Origin: a virus
Taxonomy: Duplodnaviria > Caudoviricetes
Virus record (IMG/VR): IMGVR_UViG_3300037311_000193
Span: 1 to 26,287 of that record
Reading direction: 5' to 3' (one strand)
Length of the DNA: 26,287 bases
Numbering within the stretch: the first letter of the stretch is position 1; every line of letters begins with the position of its first letter. The notes below the pieces were generated by a model. That model was not told the DNA's origin. It searched no databases and worked only from the letters and a program-made list of their open reading frames with translations. Of the stretch, positions 7,849 to 17,693 are shown piece by piece. The position numbers were made by a program, and so were the translations under genes.

Positions 7849-9472
7849 GACCCTGCGCCAGCGCATCGGCCGCCTCATCGCCGGCAAGCCCGCGCCCGCG
7901 CCGGCGGCGGCTCCGCAGCGGCGCGCCTACGCGGCCGCGCGGCCTTCGCGCAACAGCAGCGGCTTCGGCGGCACCACCACCAGCGCCGACGCCGAACTGG
8001 CCACCAGCCTGGCGCGCCTGCGCAACGGCTCGCGGCAGATGGTGCGCGACGCTGCCTATGCGCGCCGCGCGCGCACCGTGGTGGTCAACAACGTCATCGG
8101 CTCCGGCGTCGGCCTGCAGGCCAACGTGCGCGCGACGCGCGGCGATCTGCGCGGCAACGTCAACGACGCCATCGAGCGGGCATGGCTGGAGTGGATGGCC
8201 GCCGACAGCTGCCACACCGGCGGCGTGCTGCACTTCCACGACCTCGAGCGCGCCGCCATGGGCCAGGTGTTCGAGGCCGGCGAGTGCTTCGTCCGCATGC
8301 ACTACCGCGCCTTCGGGCAGAGCCGCGTGCCGCTGGCGCTGGAGCTCGTCGAGGCTGAGCGCGTGCCCGACAACCTGGTCGAGCCTGGCGCCGCCAGCGC
8401 CACCGGTGAAGTGCGCATGGGCATCGAGGTGGACGTGTTCGGCCGCCCGCAGTTCGTGTGGATCCGCGAGCGCCACCCTGGCGACGTGCGCGGCCGCATC
8501 AGCGGCACCGAGCGTTACGAGCGCGTGCCCGCCAGCGACGTGTTCCACCTGCGCATCGTCACGCGCTGGCCCCAGACCCGCGGCGAGCCCTGGATGCACG
8601 CCGTCGTGCGCAAGCTGGACGACATGAACGAGCTGACGTCGGCCGAGCTGCAGGCCGTGCGCGCCAGCGCGTACTACTTCGGCACGATCACCACGCCCGA
8701 GGGTCCGGCGCCCGACGCCACCGGTGTGGCCAACGACACCGACGCCGAGTCCAAGCCGGTCATGGACATCGAGCCGTTGACGATCACGCAGATGGCCGAG
8801 GGCGAGCAGTTCCAGTTCCACGCGCCCAACCGGCCCAACGCGAACCTGGACGCCTTCCTGCGCCACATGGTGCGCGAGTTCGCGGCCGGCAGCGAACTGA
8901 GCTACGAATCACTCAGCCGGGACTACAGCCAGAGCAACTACAGCAGCAGCCGCCTGGCCCTGCTGGACGACCGCGACAACTGGAAGGCGCTGCAGCAGTG
9001 GTGGATCCGCTCGTTCCGGGAGCCGCTGCACCGCGTGTGGCTGCGCCAGGCCGTGCTGGCGCGCGCCATTCCGCAGATCACGCCCGAGGCCTACGCCAGC
9101 GACATGGAGCGCTACGGCTCGGTGCGCTTCAAGCCGCGCGGCTGGTCGTGGATCGACCCGACCAAGGAAGTCGAGGCGTACAAGGAAGCCATCCGCGGCG
9201 GCCTGACGACGCTCACCGACGTCATCGCCCAGACCGCCGACGGCCGCGACATCGAAGACGTGGTCGAGACGCGCAAGCGCGAGCTCGAGCTGCTGGCCGA
9301 GCACGACCTCGAGGTCGACACCACCTTCGAGGCGCCTGCCGCTGCCGCTGCCCCTGCGGCACCGGCCGCCACGCGCCCTGGCGCGCCGTCCGCGGCTGAC
9401 GACAACGACGACGACGTCGAAGGCAGCAACAACACCAGCAGCGGCCGCGTCGTGCCGCTCGCCAAGAGGTGA
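7841..9472 (+). CDS. Portal protein, lambda gpB family
   Basis: LRNGSRQMVRD, NVIGSG, GECF, QTRGEPW, SRDYSQSNYSSSRLALLD and WSWIDPTKEV motifs. Confidence 0.95.
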   Translation: MPETLRQRIGRLIAGKPAPAPAAAPQRRAYAAARPSRNSSGFGGTTTSADAELATSLARLRNGSRQMVRDAAYARRARTVVVNNVIGSGVGLQANVRATRGDLRGNVNDAIERAWLEWMAADSCHTGGVLHFHDLERAAMGQVFEAGECFVRMHYRAFGQSRVPLALELVEAERVPDNLVEPGAASATGEVRMGIEVDVFGRPQFVWIRERHPGDVRGRISGTERYERVPASDVFHLRIVTRWPQTRGEPWMHAVVRKLDDMNELTSAELQAVRASAYYFGTITTPEGPAPDATGVANDTDAESKPVMDIEPLTITQMAEGEQFQFHAPNRPNANLDAFLRHMVREFAAGSELSYESLSRDYSQSNYSSSRLALLDDRDNWKALQQWWIRSFREPLHRVWLRQAVLARAIPQITPEAYASDMERYGSVRFKPRGWSWIDPTKEVEAYKEAIRGGLTTLTDVIAQTADGRDIEDVVETRKRELELLAEHDLEVDTTFEAPAAAAAPAAPAATRPGAPSAADDNDDDVEGSNNTSSGRVVPLAKR

Positions 9473-11478
9473 ACGCCATGGAGCGTGTGTTCGGCATCGG
9501 CCCTTCGTTCCGCCGCGACAAGGACAGCGGCACCCTCACTGTCGACATGGCGTTCGCGAGCGAGCGGCCGTACGAGCGGTGGTGGGGCGTCGAGGTGCTG
9601 AAGGTGTCCGGCGCGCGCCTCGGCCGTCTCAACGACGGCGACGGCGGGCCGCTGCTCTTTAACCACAACTGGGACGAGCTGCGCGGCCGCCACGTGCCCG
9701 GCACGGTGCGCGCCGACAGCGACGGCGTGCTGCGCGGCCAGGTCGAGATCCCGTCCTCCACGCAGGCCACGCGCGACGCGGCGGCGCTGGTGGAGGCGCG
9801 CGTGCTGACGAAGGCCAGCGTGGGCTACCAGATCCACCGCGTGGTCGAGCAGACCACCAGCAAGTCGGGCCAGCGCATCGAGCGCGAGATCGACGGCCGA
9901 ACCTTCGAGCGCCTGCTGAAAGAGCACCGCCAGGTGCGTGACGGCCGCGAAGTCGGCGGCGATCGCGCCGCGTTCGTGCGCGCGCTGGATCAGGTCTTGG
10001 GCCAGCCCCTCGAGCGCGCCGACAAAGAGCTGCCCACGTACCTGGTCATGGACTGGGAACCGCTCGAGAACTCGCTCGTGACCGTGCCGGCCGACAACGC
10101 CGTCGGCGTCGGTCGCGCGATCGAGGCGCCCGCTGCCGAAGTGCGGGTTGCCTTGTCTGTTTCTGCAACCGCTGCACCCGCAGCACCAACGGAGAAAGCC
10201 GCAATGGCCGACACCCCCCACGCCGCCGCGGGCGCCAACGCGGACACCCTCCCGGCGCAGGCGCGCTCGGTCCCCAGCGCGCTGGAACTCGAGCAGGCGC
10301 GCGTGCGTGCCATCGACAACCTGTGCAAGGCCAACAAGATCGACACCCCGGTGCGCGATCACTGGATCGGCACCGGCCTGTCGCTGGACCAGATCAGCGA
10401 CGACCTGCTCCGCATCATCGAGGAGCGCGGCCGCACCACCAGCAAGCCCGCCAGCGCGCTGGGTCTCAGCTCGCGCGAGGCGCAGCGCTTCTCGCTGCTC
10501 AAGGCCATCAACGCCACCCGCGACCAGAACTGGACGCAGGCCGGCTTCGAACTGGAGGCCAGCCGCGCCATCGCGCAGCGCCTGGGCAAGACGCCCGACC
10601 CGAACCGCTTCTACGTGCCGCTCGAGGTGCAGCAGCGTGACATCACGGCCGGCACCACGACGGCCGGCGGCTTCCTGGTGGGCACGACGAACATGAGCTT
10701 CATCGAGCTCATGCGCAACCGCTCCGTCGTGTACAGCATGGGCGCGCGTCGCATGTCGGGCATGACCGGCAACGTCACCATCCCGCGGCAGAGCGGCGCC
10801 GCCAGCGCGGTGTGGCTGGCCAACGAGGCCAGCACCATCACCGAGTCGGATCAGGTGTTCGGCCAGCTCTCGCTGACCCCGAAGACCGTCGGCGCCTACA
10901 CGGAGATCAGCCGCCAGCTGATGCTGCAGTCGAGCCCGGACGCCGAGAGCCTGGTAACGAGCGATCTGGCCACGGTGTGCGCCCTGGCGCTGGACGTCGG
11001 CGCGCTGCGCGGCTCCGGTGCCAGCGGCCAGCCGCAGGGCATCGTCGGCACGGCCGGTGTCGGCTCGGTCACGGGCACGTCGCTGGCCGCCGCGGGTGTG
11101 CTGGAATTCCAGAGCGACGTCGCCGCCGGCAACCTGATGTCGGAGGCCTGCGGCTACGTGACGACGCCCGCCGTCGCGGCGCTGCTGATGGCGCGCCCGG
11201 AGCTGCCCAGCACCGGCACCACGCGGCTGTGGCAGGGCAACATGCTGGAGGGCACGCTCTTCAACATGCGCGCCATGTCGTCCAACCAGATGCTGGCCGC
11301 GACGATGCTGTTCGGCGACTTCTCGCAGGTCGTCATCGCCGAGTGGGGCGTGCTGGAGGTGGAGGTGAACCCCTTCGCCAACTTCCAGGCGGGCATCGTG
11401 GGTGTGCGCGCCATGGTCACGGCCGACGTCGGCGTGCGCTACGGCGGCGCCTTCTCCTACGCCACGTCGATCACCTGA
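9469..11478 (+). CDS. Prohead protease-major capsid protein fusion (HK97 fold)
   Basis: Protease motifs PLLFNHN, ASVGYQI and WEPLENSLVTVPAD; capsid motifs AGGFLVGT, IPRQSG, LTPKTVGAYTEISRQLMLQS and FGDFSQ. Confidence 0.92.
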   Translation: MNAMERVFGIGPSFRRDKDSGTLTVDMAFASERPYERWWGVEVLKVSGARLGRLNDGDGGPLLFNHNWDELRGRHVPGTVRADSDGVLRGQVEIPSSTQATRDAAALVEARVLTKASVGYQIHRVVEQTTSKSGQRIEREIDGRTFERLLKEHRQVRDGREVGGDRAAFVRALDQVLGQPLERADKELPTYLVMDWEPLENSLVTVPADNAVGVGRAIEAPAAEVRVALSVSATAAPAAPTEKAAMADTPHAAAGANADTLPAQARSVPSALELEQARVRAIDNLCKANKIDTPVRDHWIGTGLSLDQISDDLLRIIEERGRTTSKPASALGLSSREAQRFSLLKAINATRDQNWTQAGFELEASRAIAQRLGKTPDPNRFYVPLEVQQRDITAGTTTAGGFLVGTTNMSFIELMRNRSVVYSMGARRMSGMTGNVTIPRQSGAASAVWLANEASTITESDQVFGQLSLTPKTVGAYTEISRQLMLQSSPDAESLVTSDLATVCALALDVGALRGSGASGQPQGIVGTAGVGSVTGTSLAAAGVLEFQSDVAAGNLMSEACGYVTTPAVAALLMARPELPSTGTTRLWQGNMLEGTLFNMRAMSSNQMLAATMLFGDFSQVVIAEWGVLEVEVNPFANFQAGIVGVRAMVTADVGVRYGGAFSYATSIT

Positions 11479-11485
11479 TGACGGA

Positions 11486-11513
11486 GGGCGCCCTGGTTCG
11501 CTCCAGGGCGCCC
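11486..11513 (+). other. Strong stem-loop just after the capsid stop (possible mRNA stabiliser or attenuator)
   Basis: GGGCGCCCTGG-TTCGCT-CCAGGGCGCCC forms a perfect 11-bp stem with no U-tract. Confidence 0.55.
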
Positions 11514-11522
11514 GCTGCTGCC

Positions 11523-11705
11523 ATGAAGCAACTGAACGTCAAGGTACTGCGGCCCTTTCTCATCAAGGGCGAGCCCGTCAAGGTCGGCGCCAAGCTGACC
11601 TTCGACGCCCCTCTGGCCTACGAACTCCTGCACGCGCAGAAGGTCGAGGTCGTGCCCGATGCCAAGCCTGCCGGCCAGAAGCCGAGCGCGGGCGAGAAGG
11701 AGTAG
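11523..11705 (+). CDS. Small head-associated protein (60 aa; alternative start 11478)
   Basis: MKQLNVKVLRPFLIKGEPVKVG resembles the small proteins typically found right after capsid genes. Confidence 0.65.
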   Translation: MKQLNVKVLRPFLIKGEPVKVGAKLTFDAPLAYELLHAQKVEVVPDAKPAGQKPSAGEKE

Positions 11706-11709
11706 AGCC

Positions 11710-12078
11710 GTGCTCAACAACGTCGGGTCGATGACGACCTACACCTCCAGCATCAACACCGCCAGCCAGGCGGCCGGCGCGCAGAACGGCGGCTACATCG
11801 ACATCAGCGCCGCCGAGGGCGAGGTGGTCGTGGTCGTGCCGGTGGGCGCCGTCACGGGCTCGGTCGTCGTCAAGGTGCAGGACGCGGACGACACCGGCGG
11901 CACGAACGTGGCCGACCTGGCCGGCGTCACCAGCGGCACCTACAACACCGCCAACAGCGTGCTGAAGCTGACCTTCCCGGCCAGCTCCGCGCGCCGTGCC
12001 GTGCGCGTGGTGGCCACCGTCACCACCGGCCCCATCCTGCTGGGTGCGGCCGTCGGCTTCGTGCCCAAGATCATCTGA
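11710..12078 (+). CDS. Putative capsid decoration/cement protein (122 aa)
   Basis: AAGGAG upstream of GTG; jelly-roll-like pattern (YIDIS...VKVQDADD...RRAVRVVATV); position after the capsid gene. Confidence 0.65.
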   Translation: MLNNVGSMTTYTSSINTASQAAGAQNGGYIDISAAEGEVVVVVPVGAVTGSVVVKVQDADDTGGTNVADLAGVTSGTYNTANSVLKLTFPASSARRAVRVVATVTTGPILLGAAVGFVPKII

Positions 12079-12086
12079 GCGGCGCT

Positions 12087-12359
12087 GTGGCCTTCGTCGA
12101 GAACTTCGCGCCCTTCTTCGCCGACTTCGGCGTCGATGGCACGCTGGCGGGCACGCCGGTGCGGGGCATTCTCGACACGGCCACGGATGTGTACGAAGGC
12201 GAGCTGCTCACGCAGCGGCCCACCTTCCTGCTGGCGCCCGGCGCGGCGCCGGCCGTCGGCCAGTCGCTCGTGCTGGCTGCCGCCACCTACACCGTGCGCC
12301 AGGTGCTGGCCGAGCCGCCGGACGGTGCGCTCAGCCGCCTGGTGCTGGTGAAGGTCTGA
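12087..12359 (+). CDS. Head-tail joining protein (gpFII-like)
   Basis: FFADFGV...VRGILD...YTVRQV...PDG pattern and synteny. Confidence 0.75.
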   Translation: MAFVENFAPFFADFGVDGTLAGTPVRGILDTATDVYEGELLTQRPTFLLAPGAAPAVGQSLVLAAATYTVRQVLAEPPDGALSRLVLVKV

Positions 12360-12362
12360 GCA

Positions 12363-12791
12363 ATGGCGCTGGCAGCCGCTCAGGTCATTGATGCGGTGGT
12401 GGCGCGCGTGGCGCCGCTGGCTGCCATCGGCGGCCGCGTGTCCGCCAGCCGCACATGGCCCTGGGACCAGGCCGAGCTGCCGGCCTGCCGGGTGTTCGCC
12501 ACGGCAGAGGCGGTGCAGCCCACGTCGGTGGGCGACCGCGTCGGCCAGCACACGCTCGACGTCGAGGTGGCCTTCAGCGTGCGCGCGGTGGCCGATCTCG
12601 ACGACCAGATGCACGCGCTGGCCGCCGGCGCGCTGCCGCTCATCTTCGCCGAGCCGGTGCCGTACGGCCTGCAGCTCATCGCCATCAACCGCCGCCTGCA
12701 GGGCGACGGCGAGGCCGCCGTCGGCGTGATCTCGCTGGACCTGCAGGCCACCTTCTTCGCCGCTGCCGCGGCACCCGAGACCATCCTGTAG
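12363..12791 (+). CDS. Tail terminator/completion protein (gpU-like)
   Basis: RVSASRTWPWDQAELPACRV pattern; immediately precedes the tail tube gene. Confidence 0.7.
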   Translation: MALAAAQVIDAVVARVAPLAAIGGRVSASRTWPWDQAELPACRVFATAEAVQPTSVGDRVGQHTLDVEVAFSVRAVADLDDQMHALAAGALPLIFAEPVPYGLQLIAINRRLQGDGEAAVGVISLDLQATFFAAAAAPETIL

Positions 12792-12800
12792 GAGCCTCCC

Positions 12801-13451
12801 ATGGCCATCACTCTCGCCACCGGCACCACCTTCGCCATCGCCAGCACCTATGGCACGGCGTCCAACATGACGGCCATCACCAACGCGGCCGCGGCGGTGG
12901 CCACGCTCGGTGCGGGGCACGGCGTCGTCGTCGGCGACTTCCTCGAGGTCACGTCCGGCTGGGATCTGCTCAACGGCCGCATCGTGCGCGTCAGCAACGT
13001 CGCGACCAACGACGTCACGTTCGAGTCGATCAACACCACGTCGACCACGCGGTACCCGGCGGGCTCCGGCACGGGCACCGTCCGCCGCATCACGGCGTGG
13101 ACGAACCTCAGCCAGATCACCACGGGCTTCGCTGTCAGCGGTGGCGACCAGCAGTTCGCCGACGTCACCACGATCAGCGACCGCATCCAGAAGCAGATCC
13201 CGACGCAGCGCTCGGCCGTCAACGTGACGCTGCCAGTGTTCGACGATCCGGCGCTGGCCTGGGTGAGCGCCGTGCGCACTGCGAGCGAAACCGCTGTCGC
13301 AACCGGCTTCCGCATGATCTTTCCCGACAACTCGCGGCTCGTGGCGAACGCCTACTGGTCGCTGCGCGAGGTGCCGACGGTCGAGGACTCCACGCTGCGC
13401 GGTGAGATCACGCTTTCCTTCGCCGCCCAGCCGGTGCGCTACGCGACCTGA
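12801..13451 (+). CDS. Major tail tube protein (siphovirus)
   Basis: AGGAG RBS; motifs GTTFAIASTYG, GDFLEVTSGW, SGGDQQF and QIPT. Confidence 0.9.
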   Translation: MAITLATGTTFAIASTYGTASNMTAITNAAAAVATLGAGHGVVVGDFLEVTSGWDLLNGRIVRVSNVATNDVTFESINTTSTTRYPAGSGTGTVRRITAWTNLSQITTGFAVSGGDQQFADVTTISDRIQKQIPTQRSAVNVTLPVFDDPALAWVSAVRTASETAVATGFRMIFPDNSRLVANAYWSLREVPTVEDSTLRGEITLSFAAQPVRYAT

Positions 13452-13453
13452 CC

Positions 13454-13822
13454 ATGGCCCTCGCCCGTGACCAAGTCCGCGCCATCGCGCTGCCCGAGGA
13501 GGTCGTCGCCGTCGAGGAGATCGGCGGCGAGGTCATCGTCCGCGGTTGGGACATGGCGCGCCAGCTCCGCTTCTTCGCGGCCCGGCGTGCCGCGCTCGAG
13601 CGCGTGCGCGACCTGCCGCCCGAAGACGCGCAGCAGGTCGCCGCGGGCGAGATGGTGCCGCTCGCGCTGCACCTCGGTGTGGTGCTCGACGACGGCCAGC
13701 CGGTCTACACCGAGGCGCAGTGGGCGGCCTTCGGCGCGATGCATGCTGGGGTGGCCATGGCGCTCTTCGAGCGCGTCATTCGGCTGTCCGGCGCCGACCG
13801 CGCGGCCGAAAAAAAAACCTAA
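13454..13822 (+). CDS. Tail assembly chaperone (gpG-like)
   Basis: Lies between tail tube and tape measure genes and ends EKKT* on an A9 slippery run. Confidence 0.85.
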   Translation: MALARDQVRAIALPEEVVAVEEIGGEVIVRGWDMARQLRFFAARRAALERVRDLPPEDAQQVAAGEMVPLALHLGVVLDDGQPVYTEAQWAAFGAMHAGVAMALFERVIRLSGADRAAEKKT

Positions 13823-14013
13823 GGCGCAGCCCCGAGCTGCGGACTCTGTACAGCCTGGCCGAGCGGCTGCACATGCCGGTGTACCGGCTCATGGCCGAGA
13901 TGCCGGCGCAGGAGTTCGGGCGCTGGCTGGCGCACTTCGACCTGCAGCAGCAGGACCGCGAGATGCCCGCCGACAAGCGGCAGGCGCTGGAGCAGTGGTT
14001 TGAGCTGGAGTAG
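13808..14013 (+). CDS. gpT-like extension reached by -1 frameshift (gpGT = 13454-14013)
   Basis: A9 run at 13809-13817; the -1 frame reads NLRRSPELRTLYSLAERLHMPVYRLMAEMPAQEFGRWLAHF, ending 3 nt before the tape measure start. Confidence 0.8.
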
Positions 14014-14016
14014 CCG

Positions 14017-15972
14017 GTGACCGCGCGCGCGCAGATCGTTCTCTCCGCAACCGACGCCACCGCCGGCGCCTTCGAGGCCGTGCAGGGCCGGCTGCGGCAG
14101 CTGGCTGCGCAGAGTCAGACCGTGGTGTCGCGGTTCGCCGGCCTCGGCACCGCGCTGGCCAGCCTTGGCGCCGCGGCGGGCCTGGCGGCGTTCGCGCGCC
14201 GCGCGCTGGACTCGCTCACCGCCATCGAGGACCTGGCGCAGGCCACCGGTGCCAGCATCGAGAACATCTCGGCGCTGGAGGACGTGGCCAAGCGCACCGG
14301 CACCAGCTTCGAGACCGTCGGGTCGGCGCTGCTGAGGTTCAACCAGTCGCTGGCCGCTGCCAAGCCGGGCAGCGACATCGAGAAGGCGCTGACGGCGCTG
14401 GGGCTCTCGGCGCGCGAGCTGCAGCGGCTGGATCCCGCCGAGGCGCTGCTCCAAACCGGCGTGGCGCTGCAGCGCTATGCGGACGACGGCAACAAGGCGC
14501 GCATCTCGCAGGAGCTGTTCGGGCGCAGCCTGCGGGAGGTGGCGCCGCTGCTCAACGACATCGCCGAGCGCGGCACGCTGACGGCCACCGTCACGGCCGA
14601 GCAGGCCAAGCAGGCGGCTGAGTTCGCCGACCGCCTGGCGTCGCTGCGCGCGAACGTGGAGAACCTGTCGCGCTCCATCGTCAGCGACCTGCTGCCGAGT
14701 CTCAACCAGCTCTTCGAGCGCGCGCGGCGCGAGGGCTTCCTGGCCTCGCTCTTCACTCCGAGCGAGACGGCGCAGCTGCAGCAGCGCGCCACCGAGATCC
14801 AGAACACGCTGTCGCAGGTGTCGCGTGCCTTCGAGCGTGCGCAGGCGCTGAGCGAGCGCGCCGATCTCCCGCCGTCGGCGCGCAACCGGTACGCCGCGGA
14901 CGCCGTCCGGCTGCGCGGCGAGCTGGAGCGTGTGCAGCAGCAGGCCCTGGCCGCCAACGAGGCGGTGAAACGCGCGCTGGGCGGGCCGGATCCGCGGCGT
15001 GCCATCGAGGATCGCGGCTTCGTGCCGGCACGGCCTTCGCTGCCGAACCTGCCGCAGCTCGTGGTCGCGTCGGAGCAGCTCAAGCGCTTCACTTCCAACA
15101 GCGTCGAAGGTGCCGAGGCCTTCGGCGCCGCGCTGCGTTCCATCGAGCAGACCGACACCGCCAAGCTGCGCGCGCTGAACGAGCAGCTGACGGTGCTGAG
15201 CGAACTGCAGCGCGAGACGCGCGGCGACGCTGGCGTGGCCGAAGCGCTGGCCAGCGTGCGCAAGGCCATCGCGGACATCGGCACCAAGTCGCTCGACGCC
15301 GTCGGCCCCACCCAGGCCATGCGCGACGCGCTGGCCGCGCTGGAAGACACCAACGTCGTGCGCATCCAGCAGGTGAGCGCGGCGATCGACGAGCTGTTCC
15401 GCCTTCGTGAGCTGGGCCTCTACGGTCCCGAGGTCGACGAGGCGATCAGCCGCCTGCGCGAGAAGCTGGCCGAGCTGCAGAAGCCGCTCGAGCAGGTCAG
15501 CGAGTTCGCGGCGCAGGCGGCGCGCAACATCCAGGACGCGCTGGGCGATTCGCTGCTGCGCGCCATGGAGGGCAACTTCGACAGCATCGGTGATCTGTGG
15601 AAGGGGCTGCTGCGGCGCATGGTGGCGCAGGCGGCCGCGGCCCAGATCAGCCGCGCGCTGTTCGGCCCGCAGTTCGGCGCCACCGGCCAGATCGGCGGCC
15701 TCATCGGCCAGGGGCTGGACTTCCTGAGGTCCTTCGGCGGCTTCCGCGCTGACGGCGGACCGGTAAGCGCAGGCCGCGCCTACGTCGTGGGCGAGCGCGG
15801 TCCTGAGCTGATGGTGCCGCGCGGCGCCGGCACAGTGGTGCCCAACGGCGCGCTGGGCGCGTCGTACACCTGGGCGCCGGTCATCAACGTCAACGGCAGC
15901 GCCGACACGCGGCAGATCGAAGCGCTGCTCGCGCGCGAGCGCGTGCGCGCCATGCGCGCCTGGGGAGCCTGA
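14017..15972 (+). CDS. Tail tape measure protein (651 aa)
   Basis: Ala/Leu/Gln-rich helical sequence, N-terminal IVLSATDAT, C-terminal FRADGGPV...YVVGERGPELMVP. Confidence 0.92.
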   Translation: MTARAQIVLSATDATAGAFEAVQGRLRQLAAQSQTVVSRFAGLGTALASLGAAAGLAAFARRALDSLTAIEDLAQATGASIENISALEDVAKRTGTSFETVGSALLRFNQSLAAAKPGSDIEKALTALGLSARELQRLDPAEALLQTGVALQRYADDGNKARISQELFGRSLREVAPLLNDIAERGTLTATVTAEQAKQAAEFADRLASLRANVENLSRSIVSDLLPSLNQLFERARREGFLASLFTPSETAQLQQRATEIQNTLSQVSRAFERAQALSERADLPPSARNRYAADAVRLRGELERVQQQALAANEAVKRALGGPDPRRAIEDRGFVPARPSLPNLPQLVVASEQLKRFTSNSVEGAEAFGAALRSIEQTDTAKLRALNEQLTVLSELQRETRGDAGVAEALASVRKAIADIGTKSLDAVGPTQAMRDALAALEDTNVVRIQQVSAAIDELFRLRELGLYGPEVDEAISRLREKLAELQKPLEQVSEFAAQAARNIQDALGDSLLRAMEGNFDSIGDLWKGLLRRMVAQAAAAQISRALFGPQFGATGQIGGLIGQGLDFLRSFGGFRADGGPVSAGRAYVVGERGPELMVPRGAGTVVPNGALGASYTWAPVINVNGSADTRQIEALLARERVRAMRAWGA

Positions 15973-15975
15973 TCC

Positions 15976-17619
15976 ATGCAGCAGTACTCGAGCGTCGTGC
16001 AAGACGCCAACGGCAACGGCATCAGCGGAGCGTCGGTGACCGTCACCCGCGCCGCCGGCGGCGCGGCCACGCTGTACAGCGGCAACGGCACCGGGCTGCT
16101 GGGCAGCAACGTGGTTACCACCGACCCCGGCGGCAACTACGCCTTCTATGCCGCGAACGGGCGGTACACGCTGACCATCACGGCCAGCGGGTTCACGACG
16201 CAGACGCGGGATGTAGTGCTGTTCGACCCGAGCGACGACCGAGTCAACGTGTTCGACCGCGGGGTGATTGGCAATGGTGTCGCCGACGACACAGTCGCAT
16301 TTCAGGCTGCAGTCAATGCCGCGATCGCGGCGCGAAAGGTCCTGTACGTGCCGGCTCACGATGTCGGCCAGTACATCAGGACATCGGCGCCCATCGTGGC
16401 CAACGGGCCGCTGGAGATTGTGTGCGATGGTCCGTTCGGCACCACGCTCTACGGGGTCGGCCTCACGGCTGGTCAGTACGTGCTGGACTTCGACTGCCTG
16501 GATGCCAACCAAGTCGAGCACGTGCGCATCCAAGGGCTCACGATTCGCAGCGACAACGGCGCGCCGCACGGATTGCGCCTGAAGAACGTGGCACAGGTTG
16601 TGGTGGAGCAGACCCGGCTCTATGGGCTCGTGGATGGCATCAACATCGAGGGGACGCGCTGCTACACGCACCGCTTCTCGATGGTGTCGGGTGTCAGCAT
16701 CACCGGGCGCACAGTGGAATGGCTGGCGGGGTTCTCGGGCGGCGGTCAGTTTATCTTCGACAGCTGCACGTTTCTGGGCGCCGAGGGGGCGTTCGTGCCT
16801 TCGACGGCGTTCCTCGACAACCTGTCCTTCTACGGGTGCAACTTCGAGCAATGCACCAGCGGCGTGGTCATCAATGGCACCGTCGCAGGTTTCACGTTCA
16901 GCGGCAGCCGCACCGAGGGCAACGATGCGGCCGACATCATCCTTCGGCCCGTGCTCTCGTCTGAGTACGTCGGCGGCATCGACATCAGCGGCAACGTCTT
17001 CAGCGCCTCGGACGCTTCCGCCACCGCGCGGATCAGCATTGGCGGCGACGCCGGAAAGGTGCGCGGGTTCGCTGTCACCGGCAACGTCGTGACGCACGGC
17101 TCCGATGCGTTCGGCGGCCCGCTCGTGAGTCTCAATGGTGATGGTGAGTCCGGCATCATCGCTGGCAACTTCCTGCGGGGCACCATAGCCACGGCGGTTT
17201 CGGGCTGGCGCTCCGGCGTCGCGGTCTACTCCAACGAGAACCTGGCCGGCAAGTTGCCGGAGGTGGCCGGTATGACCGGCACGTACACAGCGACTGCCAC
17301 GGGCATGACGACATCGCCCACCGGGACGGTGAAGTACACGGCCTTCGGTGGCATGGTGGTGCTCGACATCCCTGCGATCGTGGGCACCAGCAACAGCACC
17401 GCCTTTACGCTCACTGGCATGCCATCGCCCATCCGTCCGGCGGTCGACAAAGACGTGCTCGTACGGATCCAAGACAACGGCGCGGCCATCACTTCGGGCT
17501 ATGCGCGGATCAAGACCACCGGAGTGATCGAGGTTTATGCGAGCCCCAACGGTGCCGCGTTCACGAGTTCCGGGCAGAAGGCGATCAGCACGAACTCGAT
17601 CTCCTACACGCTGGCGTGA
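15976..17619 (+). CDS. Tailspike/receptor-binding protein with pectate-lyase-like beta-helix (547 aa)
   Basis: N-terminal anchor (VQDANGNGISGASVTV...TTDPGGNYAFYAANGRY), GNGVADDTVAFQAAVN entry motif and beta-helix-like repeats (ISGNVF, VTGNVV, IAGNFL). Confidence 0.8.
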   Translation: MQQYSSVVQDANGNGISGASVTVTRAAGGAATLYSGNGTGLLGSNVVTTDPGGNYAFYAANGRYTLTITASGFTTQTRDVVLFDPSDDRVNVFDRGVIGNGVADDTVAFQAAVNAAIAARKVLYVPAHDVGQYIRTSAPIVANGPLEIVCDGPFGTTLYGVGLTAGQYVLDFDCLDANQVEHVRIQGLTIRSDNGAPHGLRLKNVAQVVVEQTRLYGLVDGINIEGTRCYTHRFSMVSGVSITGRTVEWLAGFSGGGQFIFDSCTFLGAEGAFVPSTAFLDNLSFYGCNFEQCTSGVVINGTVAGFTFSGSRTEGNDAADIILRPVLSSEYVGGIDISGNVFSASDASATARISIGGDAGKVRGFAVTGNVVTHGSDAFGGPLVSLNGDGESGIIAGNFLRGTIATAVSGWRSGVAVYSNENLAGKLPEVAGMTGTYTATATGMTTSPTGTVKYTAFGGMVVLDIPAIVGTSNSTAFTLTGMPSPIRPAVDKDVLVRIQDNGAAITSGYARIKTTGVIEVYASPNGAAFTSSGQKAISTNSISYTLA

Positions 17620-17693
17620 CAGTGCAATGTGCCTACCTGCTCTCTCGACGCTGAAGGCTGTGCCCAACCGTTCGCCGATCAGGTCGAGCTGAT

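Noticed and set aside
13819-17667. 1282-aa - strand ORF, and other long antisense ORFs such as 1861-3642, 9112-10362 and 18859-21081
   Set aside because: These are shadow frames of well-supported + strand genes in high-GC DNA, with no recognisable motifs.
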